From positions 7,111 to 71,110 of the forward strand of contig CAZPZY010000001.1 of NCBI GenBank assembly GCA_964591195.1: a stretch of 64,000 nucleotides of DNA, given 5' to 3'. A program made the translations under genes and the position numbers. The notes beneath the pieces were generated by a model, which made no database searches, had not been told where the DNA came from, and saw only the letters and a list, made by a program, of their open reading frames with translations. The first letter of the stretch is position 1; the number at the start of each line of letters is the position of its first letter. Source of the DNA: an uncultured Candidatus Saccharibacteria bacterium (GTDB lineage Bacteria; Patescibacteriota; Minisyncoccia; Minisyncoccales; JAGGSE01). This document shows positions 56,622-64,000 of this stretch, one piece after another.

Positions 56622-56966
56622 ATGTTGCCGAGAGAAAATCGTTTGAGGAAGAACAAAGACATAAAAAATGTCTTGACAAGGGGCAAGCCAGTAAGAGAGA
56701 ATTTTTTATTTTTGAAGATTGTCAAGAATGATTTAGAATCTCCGCGCTTTGCCATTGTTGTAGGAAAGAACCTTTCCAAAAAGGCGGTGATTAGGAATAA
56801 ATTGAAGCGCCGAATTTCAGAAATAATAAGAATAAAGTTAAAAATGAATGAAATAAAACCAGTAGATGGAGTTGTTATTGCCCTGCCCGGAGCAGAAAGA
56901 ATGGACTTTAGTGGACTCAAGCAGGCAATTGAGAAAATTTTTGCCAAAGCAAAACTAATAAAATGA
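56622..56966 (+). CDS. rnpA: Ribonuclease P protein component
   Basis: MLPRENRLRK, RFAIVVGK, KAVIRNKLKRR. Confidence 0.95.
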   Translation: MLPRENRLRKNKDIKNVLTRGKPVRENFLFLKIVKNDLESPRFAIVVGKNLSKKAVIRNKLKRRISEIIRIKLKMNEIKPVDGVVIALPGAERMDFSGLKQAIEKIFAKAKLIK

Positions 56967-57688
56967 ATTTAATTATTTATCTTTACCATATATTGCTATA
57001 CCAGCCACTATATAATAGTTTGGTCCTTTTATATCACTATCTACCTGGCCATGATTTTGGATTGAGTATAATTGTTTTGACCTTGGTGGTACGGGTGATT
57101 CTCTATCCCCTGATGCATAGTTCTCTAAAGTCCCAAAAGGCAATGTCTGCTCTTCAGCCAAAACTCCAAGAGATTCAAAGAAAACACAAGGGTGATTTAG
57201 CCAAACAAAGTCAGGCAATTATGGAACTCTATCGTAAAGAGAAGATTAATCCTGCTTCAGGATTTTTGTCTCTTCTAATTCAACTTCCTCTTTTGATTGC
57301 TCTTTACCAGGTTTTTTGGAAATTTTCCACTCCCGGTCAGGTGGTTTATCTTTATAGTTTTGTTCCCAACCCAGGAGAAATTGAACCGATGTTTTTAAAC
57401 CTCTTGAACCTGGCAGAACCATCAGTCCCTTTGGCGATTTTGGCTGGCATTTTTCAATTTTTTCAGACCAAAATGATTACCCCTCCTAGTAAAAAAGGTG
57501 GTTCAAAAGATAGTATGAGCCGATTTACCCAGCTCTTTCAAAAAGAGATGCTTTATTTCTTCCCCATTTTTACGGTTTTAATTCTTTGGCGCCTTCCCAG
57601 CGCTATTGGCCTTTTTTGGATAACAACAACCCTATTCTCAATTGGACAACAATATATGGTTTATGGAAAAGGAGATTCTAATTCCTAA
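56963..57688 (+). CDS. yidC: Membrane protein insertase YidC (short form)
   Basis: LQPKLQEIQ, ELYRKEKINP, LIQLP, PSAIGLFW. Confidence 0.94.
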   Translation: MNLIIYLYHILLYQPLYNSLVLLYHYLPGHDFGLSIIVLTLVVRVILYPLMHSSLKSQKAMSALQPKLQEIQRKHKGDLAKQSQAIMELYRKEKINPASGFLSLLIQLPLLIALYQVFWKFSTPGQVVYLYSFVPNPGEIEPMFLNLLNLAEPSVPLAILAGIFQFFQTKMITPPSKKGGSKDSMSRFTQLFQKEMLYFFPIFTVLILWRLPSAIGLFWITTTLFSIGQQYMVYGKGDSNS

Positions 57689-58124
57689 GATAAAGGAAAT
57701 TATTGGCCAATTTTTGAATAAATCAGGGCTTGATATTACCCTCAAAAAGGTAGAGCAAGTCGAGCAGACCATCTTTTTGGATTTAGAGGGAGAAGATGCC
57801 AAGCATCTTATTGGCCAACGGGGGGAGGTATTGTTTGAGATTGAGCATCTCTTAAAGGCGATCTTGAGAAGAAAACTTAAAGAGGAATTTTACATTAATT
57901 TAGACATCGCCGGTTATCGGAAGAAAAAGGACAGATACCTACGCCAGCTAGCCCGTTCCCTTGCCCAAGAGGTGGCTTTGACCAAAACCGAGAAAGAACT
58001 TCCTCCAATGCCTCCGGCTGAAAGAAGGATAATTCATCTGGAATTGGCATCTATGCCCAATGTGACAACCCAGAGCATTGGCAAGGAGCCAAACCGACGG
58101 GTGATCATCCAGCCGTATCCCTAA
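57663..58124 (+). CDS. Jag/EloR-like KH-R3H RNA-binding protein
   Basis: LIGQRGE KH motif, LPPMPPAERRIIH R3H motif, SIGKEPNRRV. Confidence 0.88.
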   Translation: MEKEILIPKIKEIIGQFLNKSGLDITLKKVEQVEQTIFLDLEGEDAKHLIGQRGEVLFEIEHLLKAILRRKLKEEFYINLDIAGYRKKKDRYLRQLARSLAQEVALTKTEKELPPMPPAERRIIHLELASMPNVTTQSIGKEPNRRVIIQPYP

Positions 58125-59937
58125 GTTCTTTCTCTGATTTTTTCATTTCTCTTATTTTCAAAAGTTCTTCAGGTGAGGTAGTGATAATCTGATGCTCAAT
58201 ATCTGATGAGACAACCCTTAACATAACATGTTTGGGCCCGGCAAAGAAAAGCCCTTCCCCAACTGCTGCCCCCAGAAGAAATTCTTTTTCTGCTTCAGTT
58301 AGATTGAATGTCTTTTGGAGAATATCAATGGAGGCAGGGCTCTGCTTCATCAAAAATTGAATGACCGAATTGGTAATAATAGGCGGACCATAGATTGACC
58401 TCATAAAGTCGCTAACATCCTGGGTAATTGTTGTTACCCCCAACCAATACTTTCTTGCCCTTTTGCATATACCAAAGAGAAAGGAAGCCGAGTCTTCACT
58501 TTTCATTAGCCACCAGGCCTCGTCAACAACCAGAATTCTCTTTTTCAATTCCGAGCGAACCTTATTCCAGATATACCTCATAATAATAAACATTGCCATT
58601 GGTCTTAATTCATCTTCTATGTCCCTGATGCCAAAAACAACCAAGGGCTTATTCATTGAGATATTGCTTGGCTGGTTAAAGAAGTCAGCGTAGGTTCCCT
58701 TGGTAAATTTTCTTAACCGCTTTACCAATGAATCTGCTCCTTCCATACCCATCAAGACCTGTTCCAGGTCTTCCATTAGTGGGGTTTTCGCCCGCCAGGT
58801 TGAAGGGTCGGTTTCCGGGGTAATATCCTTGATAGCGTATGTTTCGGTCAATGCCCTGTCCATAATCGCGTCTTCTTCTGGGGTCAAGCCGCCTAACATC
58901 AGCCGCATCAGCCCTACCAGATTGATAACATTTGACCTTAAGACGTCTTTTGGCAGTTCACCTTCCCTTATATTCTCCGGCAGGTCAAAGGGATTAATAT
59001 GGTTTGGTGAGGACAAAGAAATGTTGATAAACGAGCCCCCAACTGCTTCGGCTAATGGTTTGTATTCGTTTTCTGGGTCAATAACAATGCACTCTACCCC
59101 AAACATCAGATAGCGAAGTATCTCTAACTTAACGGCATAGGACTTACCACTGCCTGATTTAGCGAAGACAACAGAATTGGCATTTTCCAGATTAAATCTG
59201 TCAAACAAAACCAAGGAGTTGTTGTGCTGATTTATTCCGTACAGGATCCCTTCGTTAGCGCTCAGGTCAGAAGAGATAAAGGGAAAGATTGAAGAGAGGG
59301 GAGAGGTGTTCATTGAGGTATGAATCTTTAATTTGTCCAATCCATAGGGAAGACAGGAGTTAAATGCCTCTCTTTGCTGGTAAAGGGCCGGCTTGATGTA
59401 GACCAGTCTTGATTCCAGAATTGACCTAATAATTGTCTTTACATCCCTGATTTCCTTCCTTGTATCTCCATAAATGGTTATGTAAACACCGAGCCTGAAC
59501 ATCCTTTCCTGGCCAGTTTGAAGTTTTCTTCTTAGGTCTTCTATGTCGCGAAAGGAGGTTTCCAGCTTCGGATCGCTTATTAGTCCCTTCTTTTCCCTTT
59601 CGGCCAGTTCTGCCTGTATCTCGGTTGTTTTTTTCATAAGTTGCTTTAGAACATAACCAGTAGGCATCGGATGGATAAAGAAAGAAAGAAGAAGAGGTGA
59701 ATTTAGATTAATTACCGGCGCGACCCAGCCAGTACTTAGATACCTGGGATAGGAGAATACAAAAAACGACTTTGCCAATCTCTCTCCTAACTGGATAAAT
59801 TCCGGTTCAACCTTAACCGAGGCCGGGGCAATAAAGTCAACTATTGCCATCTCTTCTTCTTTTATCTCTTCCATTTCCAGGGCAGGACCTTTCTTCTTTT
59901 TCTTTATGGACTCAAGAATTTTAGAAATAAAAGTCAT
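58105..59937 (-). CDS. VirB4/TraC-like ATPase
   Basis: GILYGIN, FDRF, NANSVVFAKSGSGKS, IDPENEY, INPFD, VDEAW, KRARKY, ITQD. Confidence 0.9.
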   Translation of the reverse strand: MTFISKILESIKKKKKGPALEMEEIKEEEMAIVDFIAPASVKVEPEFIQLGERLAKSFFVFSYPRYLSTGWVAPVINLNSPLLLSFFIHPMPTGYVLKQLMKKTTEIQAELAEREKKGLISDPKLETSFRDIEDLRRKLQTGQERMFRLGVYITIYGDTRKEIRDVKTIIRSILESRLVYIKPALYQQREAFNSCLPYGLDKLKIHTSMNTSPLSSIFPFISSDLSANEGILYGINQHNNSLVLFDRFNLENANSVVFAKSGSGKSYAVKLEILRYLMFGVECIVIDPENEYKPLAEAVGGSFINISLSSPNHINPFDLPENIREGELPKDVLRSNVINLVGLMRLMLGGLTPEEDAIMDRALTETYAIKDITPETDPSTWRAKTPLMEDLEQVLMGMEGADSLVKRLRKFTKGTYADFFNQPSNISMNKPLVVFGIRDIEDELRPMAMFIIMRYIWNKVRSELKKRILVVDEAWWLMKSEDSASFLFGICKRARKYWLGVTTITQDVSDFMRSIYGPPIITNSVIQFLMKQSPASIDILQKTFNLTEAEKEFLLGAAVGEGLFFAGPKHVMLRVVSSDIEHQIITTSPEELLKIREMKKSEKELRDTAG

Positions 59938-59938
59938 A

Positions 59939-60580
59939 TTACCTTATTAGTTGGGGAGGAATTGGCGGGAAATAACCTCTTTCAGCTGTTTTGGGATGAT
60001 GAAGATTCCAAAAAAGTTCTATTATTTGCTCGCTTTTTAGAAGTATGGCGTTCAGACCGCACCTTTTTAGCCCCAAAGAAAGAAATTCTACTCTTTGAAG
60101 AAGGAGGGTTTTGCACTTTTGAAATTGGCTTTCAGTTAAGGACAGCCCCTTTAGTTTTTTTTCTTTTTCACCTTTTTTAAGCATAAGCCCTTCAACCTCT
60201 ACCGGGTAAAGGGGAACAATTAAATAAAAACTTTTGGTCATAATCGTTCCGCTGGCTATTAATCTTTCAATAAATTCCCGATATCCTTTTGTCTGGTCCC
60301 TTAGGAGTTTGTTTTGCTGATTCTCTTCTAACTCTTTCAATTTCTCTACATAGCCGGTAAGGTTCAACCGTTGGGTGTGGACAACAATTTGGCAAAAAAA
60401 GTCCAGAGAATTGAGCAGGTTCTGAAACTGATATATGATTGCCTCCTGTTCTTCGCCTGATTTTAGGGCAAAGTTTAGCGAGGAGGTCAATAAAATTGCC
60501 CTTAAACTTCCATCCTTCAAGATGGCAATATTTTCTCTCACGTCCTTAATTTCCAAAAAGTGTTGGATTGGCGTTTTCAT
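59939..60580 (-). CDS. Conserved CPR VirB4-associated protein
   Basis: LKDGSLRAIL, NFALKSxEEQEAII, FQNLLNSLDF. Located between the PrgI-like and VirB4 genes. Confidence 0.7.
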   Translation of the reverse strand: MKTPIQHFLEIKDVRENIAILKDGSLRAILLTSSLNFALKSGEEQEAIIYQFQNLLNSLDFFCQIVVHTQRLNLTGYVEKLKELEENQQNKLLRDQTKGYREFIERLIASGTIMTKSFYLIVPLYPVEVEGLMLKKGEKEKKLKGLSLTESQFQKCKTLLLQRVEFLSLGLKRCGLNAILLKSEQIIELFWNLHHPKTAERGYFPPIPPQLIR

Positions 60581-60585
60581 ATTTT

Positions 60586-61023
60586 TTATTGTCTCCGACC
60601 AGTTTCAACCCGGATTGAAAGATTACGAAGTCGGTTTTCAGAGGAGGTCTTTTGGGGCAGGTTTCTTTTAGACAGATCTAAAGATGGCGAGGATGACCTG
60701 ACAAATGTTTCGGTAAACAAATCAGAGCCAAAGGACTTTTTCTTAAAGATAAAGAATTTCGGCGAACTGAGGTAATAAACAAATAGATTTTTTAGAAAGG
60801 TGGGGAAAGGTCGGCCCTTTATCTTGCCAAAGGCAAGAAAAAGGAAAAATCCGGCTATGGGCAGGGCTAAAAGCACAAACAGGGCAGTGTTTTTTTTGCC
60901 TAAAATTAGGTAAAGGATAAAGTCCAGCCCTGCTCCACTTGCCACAAAGAGAAACTGCTTGAAGGTAAGCGGACCTACTATCTTTGTTTCCATTTCAATA
61001 AATTGTGGAACTCCGTATTGCAT
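60586..61023 (-). CDS. PrgI-family membrane protein (VirB3-like)
   Basis: VPQFIEMETKIVGPLTFKQF, two TM helices, KIKGRPF. Confidence 0.85.
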   Translation of the reverse strand: MQYGVPQFIEMETKIVGPLTFKQFLFVASGAGLDFILYLILGKKNTALFVLLALPIAGFFLFLAFGKIKGRPFPTFLKNLFVYYLSSPKFFIFKKKSFGSDLFTETFVRSSSPSLDLSKRNLPQKTSSENRLRNLSIRVETGRRQ

Positions 61024-61032
61024 AGTGATATT

Positions 61033-61370
61033 ACAAATTCGAATTTCGAATATCGAAATCCTTCATCCCGCAGCTTTTCTCCTTTAACAACAAGAGGTTT
61101 CAATTAAATTACTAAATAAATTATCAATTATTCACCTTGAATAACTATCAAAAGGTGCGGGATAAACAAATTCGAATGTTCAAATGCTCAAAATTAAATG
61201 CAAAATGCAAAAATCAAAAATCAAAATGAAAGATTAAAATGCAAAAAGAATTCTCTTTGAATTTTTCTTTTTCATTTTGCATTTTGATTTTTGATTTTTG
61301 ATTTTTGATTTGGTTTGGTTTTGAATTTTGGTCATTGTTTCGAATTTCGGATTTCGGATTTCGGATTTTT
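61033..61370. repeat. Heptamer-repeat palindromic element, copy D, containing an insertion
   Basis: Nearly identical to copy A. TTCGAATATCGAAATCC and TTTCGGA tandem units lie at the ends. Confidence 0.8.
61062..61163. mobile_element. MITE-like ~100 bp insertion with terminal inverted repeats
   Basis: ATCCCGCAGCTTTT ... AAAAGGTGCGGGAT. Absent at the equivalent position of copy A (GAAATCC/GAAACAAATTCG). Confidence 0.55.
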
Positions 61371-61431
61371 CTCCACTGAGTTTTGAATTAGGATGGTTTG
61401 CCAAATTCAAATTATACCCATTCTCGCTTGC

Positions 61432-61923
61432 TTATTCAATAGGTTCTCTGTATTGGTCTGTTTGTCTTATGGTTTTTTCACCTACCTCCGGTACTTTCGG
61501 TTCCGGTTTTTCTGGTTGTCCTGAAATCGGCTCAGGTGGCTTTATCTCTGCCTCTTCAGATTCTTTCTCTTCTTTTTTAGGTTTAGGACCAGGTGGCTGG
61601 ATTCCATAATAGATCTGATTTAATTCCGCCTTAACTGGCAGAAAGATAAATCGGTTGATGTCGTGAAAAACCTCTTTGCTTAATTTTTCTTCAAAGTTTA
61701 GTATCTCTTCCAATTTTATTCTAAAATCCTCAACAGGTAAAAGTCCAAGCAGGACCCTGCCTATATATTTGGCAATTGCTTGACTTTTATCTGCGATATT
61801 ATGTCTCTGGCAGATTTGGGCAAATATTTTGGCGTTCTCTTGGGAGAAAATTGCTTCCTGGAGAGCAGAGGGAAGTTGTTCGTACAATTTCCACCATTCC
61901 TCCTTTGTGTATTCTTTTTCCAT
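61432..61923 (-). CDS. Hypothetical protein with Pro/Glu-rich tail
   Basis: LPSALQEAIFS, IGRVLLGLLP and terminal DQYREPIE. Co-oriented with the VirB4 cluster. Confidence 0.7.
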   Translation of the reverse strand: MEKEYTKEEWWKLYEQLPSALQEAIFSQENAKIFAQICQRHNIADKSQAIAKYIGRVLLGLLPVEDFRIKLEEILNFEEKLSKEVFHDINRFIFLPVKAELNQIYYGIQPPGPKPKKEEKESEEAEIKPPEPISGQPEKPEPKVPEVGEKTIRQTDQYREPIE

Positions 61924-61963
61924 AAATAAATTAAATTAAACAATTTCTTCACCTAATAATTCT

Positions 61964-64000
61964 TTAGGTCTGGCCCTTTTTGTCTTCGGTTGCCCATTTG
62001 TTTATTTTATCTTCCAATTTTCCTATTTTGCCTTCCAATGTTTTTTGCTCGCTTATATCCTTTAATTCCTCGTTAGCCAATCTTTCCGGATTCTTCTTCA
62101 GGGCTTTTTCTAAATTCTTTCTTTGCTCTTCTTTCAGTTGGTTAAATGCCTCCTCAAAGGCACTTCTAATCTCCGGACTAAGGCGGTTCAGTTTATCCTG
62201 CCAGGCATTTATCTGCTGGAGGCTTATCTTTTCAGGGGCAAAAAGACCGGATTCCGGGGCAAACATAGAGGTCAGATAGGTAGCCATTGTGGGATTATTG
62301 ACCACATACCACATAGTTCCCCTTTCTTTTGCTCCCTCCATATACTTGTCGGCAAACATTTTCTTAAATATCTTGATTGCTGCAACGTTGTTTTCTGGTA
62401 GCCAGTATTTGTGGATTGCATCCCATACCTCTTTGACTGACCGGTCATATTTTTCTTTTCTCTTATTAAATTCTTCATCTGATTCCCCGGCTCGCTTTTC
62501 TGGACCCTTTCCTAAACCCAAAGATTCGGCACTCATATCTCCTACTGCCTCCGGCTTTATTCCCTTTATTATCTGAGGAATAAAGGAGTAGTTTTCCTTG
62601 ATGAATTTGTTCATTAGTTTCTCTGCCTCCTTTTCTTCTCCTTTCTCTCGGAGTTCTTCTATATTGCTTAACTCCTTTTCTTTACCTTTTTCCCGGGCTA
62701 TCTTCAGAAGTTCCTCTCTTGATGGCTCTGTTATACCCATTCTTTTTCTTATCTCTGAATTTAATTTTGTAGCCACATCGTCGATATAATGGGGGTTGGC
62801 TCTGGCTATTATGTTAAAGGCAGTTCGGTTTCCTATTAGCGCCGCCTCGCCCATATCCCTTTTTATCTGCTCCTCAAATTTTTCTTTTTCTTCTGGCTTC
62901 ATTAACATTTTAGCGTCGTCCAAATTATTGTCATGGATCATTGCCTGGAGGACTCCTATCCGTTCTCCCCTGGTAGCAGTAGGTTTGTTGTATGCCTTTA
63001 ATTGTTCCTCAACCGGTTTGCCTGAGTTTTCTCTAAAGGTCCTGGATATATCCTCTTTTTCTATTCTGGCTGGGGCGCTGAGTGTCCTGCCAAGGCTCTG
63101 TTTAGCCACAATATAGGGAGAAGCGGCTACTGTTCCCAACTGACCTAGCCTTCTTTTCATCCATCCCTTGGCTCCTGCCTCTCCTTTTCCGTATTGGGTC
63201 CACTTTGGCATATATCTTGCCCACTCTTCTCCTTTTCTTCTTACCTTTTCCGGCATTGCTTCTCCAACCTTTTTTCCTGCCCATTTAGCGCCCGTTTGAG
63301 CCATCTTTCCTATGGCCTCACTTCCCGGCAAGATCTTTACACCTTCACTAGCGGCTGAGATTGTGGCGAAGAAACCTACCAAAAGAATGAAAATAGGAAA
63401 GATATATCTATAAAGCCCGGCAAGGATACTTGGTGCTGGAGAGGTTGTGATTACCCAGTCAACCATTGACTTGTTTGCTAAAAAGATAAAGAAAGCGCCA
63501 AAGATACCAATGACACACCATTGGATAAAGGAGGTCCACCAGTTGTCCCAGTAGAGAAATCCAGGGAAAAACATCTTTATGTACCTGTTTGGACCAAAGA
63601 CCCGGCTAACAAAGGCAATGGGCGAGAAAATGATTAAAATCCACAAAAAGACATATCTTGTTAAAAACAAAAGGCAGTAAAGAACTATTACCACAATGGC
63701 AACAATGCCGAAAATGATAAAGACCAAGGCGTCAATTATTGCCTTTAGAGGATCTTTTCCTCCCTGTTCTTGCAAGCCATTGCTTATGGCTTGGACAAAA
63801 CTGTTGTTAAACCCTCCTGTTAAGAGATGCTTCATTAAATAATTTGAAAAATCAATAATCCATCCGCAGATAACCGGGGTAAAATTAATTAAAAGGGCAA
63901 TGATAATAAGAACCGGCAGTGTCCTTTTTGCCTCATATTCCTTGATTCCTAAAATAATTCCCAGGGCTATGACAATCAGGCCAAGGACAAGGAAGATATT
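61964..64000 (-). CDS. VirB6/TrbL-like polytopic membrane protein with long charged C-terminal tail (5' end outside the window)
   Basis: The frame is open to position 64000 (NIFLVLGLIVIALG...IIIALLINFT...IIDFSN). Also RYVFLWILIIFSPIAF and WDNWW. Confidence 0.72.
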   Translation of the reverse strand, partial: NIFLVLGLIVIALGIILGIKEYEAKRTLPVLIIIALLINFTPVICGWIIDFSNYLMKHLLTGGFNNSFVQAISNGLQEQGGKDPLKAIIDALVFIIFGIVAIVVIVLYCLLFLTRYVFLWILIIFSPIAFVSRVFGPNRYIKMFFPGFLYWDNWWTSFIQWCVIGIFGAFFIFLANKSMVDWVITTSPAPSILAGLYRYIFPIFILLVGFFATISAASEGVKILPGSEAIGKMAQTGAKWAGKKVGEAMPEKVRRKGEEWARYMPKWTQYGKGEAGAKGWMKRRLGQLGTVAASPYIVAKQSLGRTLSAPARIEKEDISRTFRENSGKPVEEQLKAYNKPTATRGERIGVLQAMIHDNNLDDAKMLMKPEEKEKFEEQIKRDMGEAALIGNRTAFNIIARANPHYIDDVATKLNSEIRKRMGITEPSREELLKIAREKGKEKELSNIEELREKGEEKEAEKLMNKFIKENYSFIPQIIKGIKPEAVGDMSAESLGLGKGPEKRAGESDEEFNKRKEKYDRSVKEVWDAIHKYWLPENNVAAIKIFKKMFADKYMEGAKERGTMWYVVNNPTMATYLTSMFAPESGLFAPEKISLQQINAWQDKLNRLSPEIRSAFEEAFNQLKEEQRKNLEKALKKNPERLANEELKDISEQKTLEGKIGKLEDKINKWATEDKKGQT

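Noticed and set aside
38165-61370. CRISPR array interpretation of the intergenic repeats
   Set aside because: The units are 7-nt tandem repeats in palindromic arms, with no constant repeat plus unique spacer pattern and no cas genes.
751-63284. Many short antisense or alternate-frame ORFs inside larger genes
   Set aside because: Shadow ORFs opposite well-supported genes, with no motifs of their own.
1-64000. tRNA, rRNA, tmRNA, RNase P RNA, transposase, integrase or prophage genes
   Set aside because: No diagnostic motifs were recognised by eye. A covariance-model scan would be needed to exclude divergent RNAs.

Overview
This is a 64 kb chromosomal segment from a Patescibacteria/CPR bacterium (Parcubacteria/Nealsonbacteria-like, inferred from gene content and protein style) that spans the replication origin. 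It carries housekeeping genes (rpoC 3' end, ftsK, elp3, murE, rpsT, holA, class I lysS, mutM, trpS, rpsF-ssb-rpsR, recA, dnaA, rpmH-rnpA-yidC-jag) and the typical CPR VirB4/PrgI/VirB6-like cluster. Unusually for CPR, it is rich in lipid and cofactor genes. These include a complete classical mevalonate pathway split over two loci, and an idi-UbiA-class II terpene cyclase (DLDD)-GGR-GGPPS-HMGR operon directly after dnaA. There is also a FabK-PlsC-PlsC-acyl-CoA carboxylase block, an FMN-riboswitch rib operon, thiC, and two fusions with archaeal-type CoA enzymes (PyrH-CoaD and NadC-DUF359). The best candidates for undescribed systems are (1) the terpenoid cyclase cluster, (2) a signalling operon headed by a membrane-anchored, circularly permuted metallo-beta-lactamase-fold protein that has lost its metal ligands, and (3) a family of nested heptamer-repeat palindromes and structured intergenic elements at module boundaries. 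No tRNA, rRNA, CRISPR array or transposase was seen. All calls come from motif recognition by eye; no database searches were run.
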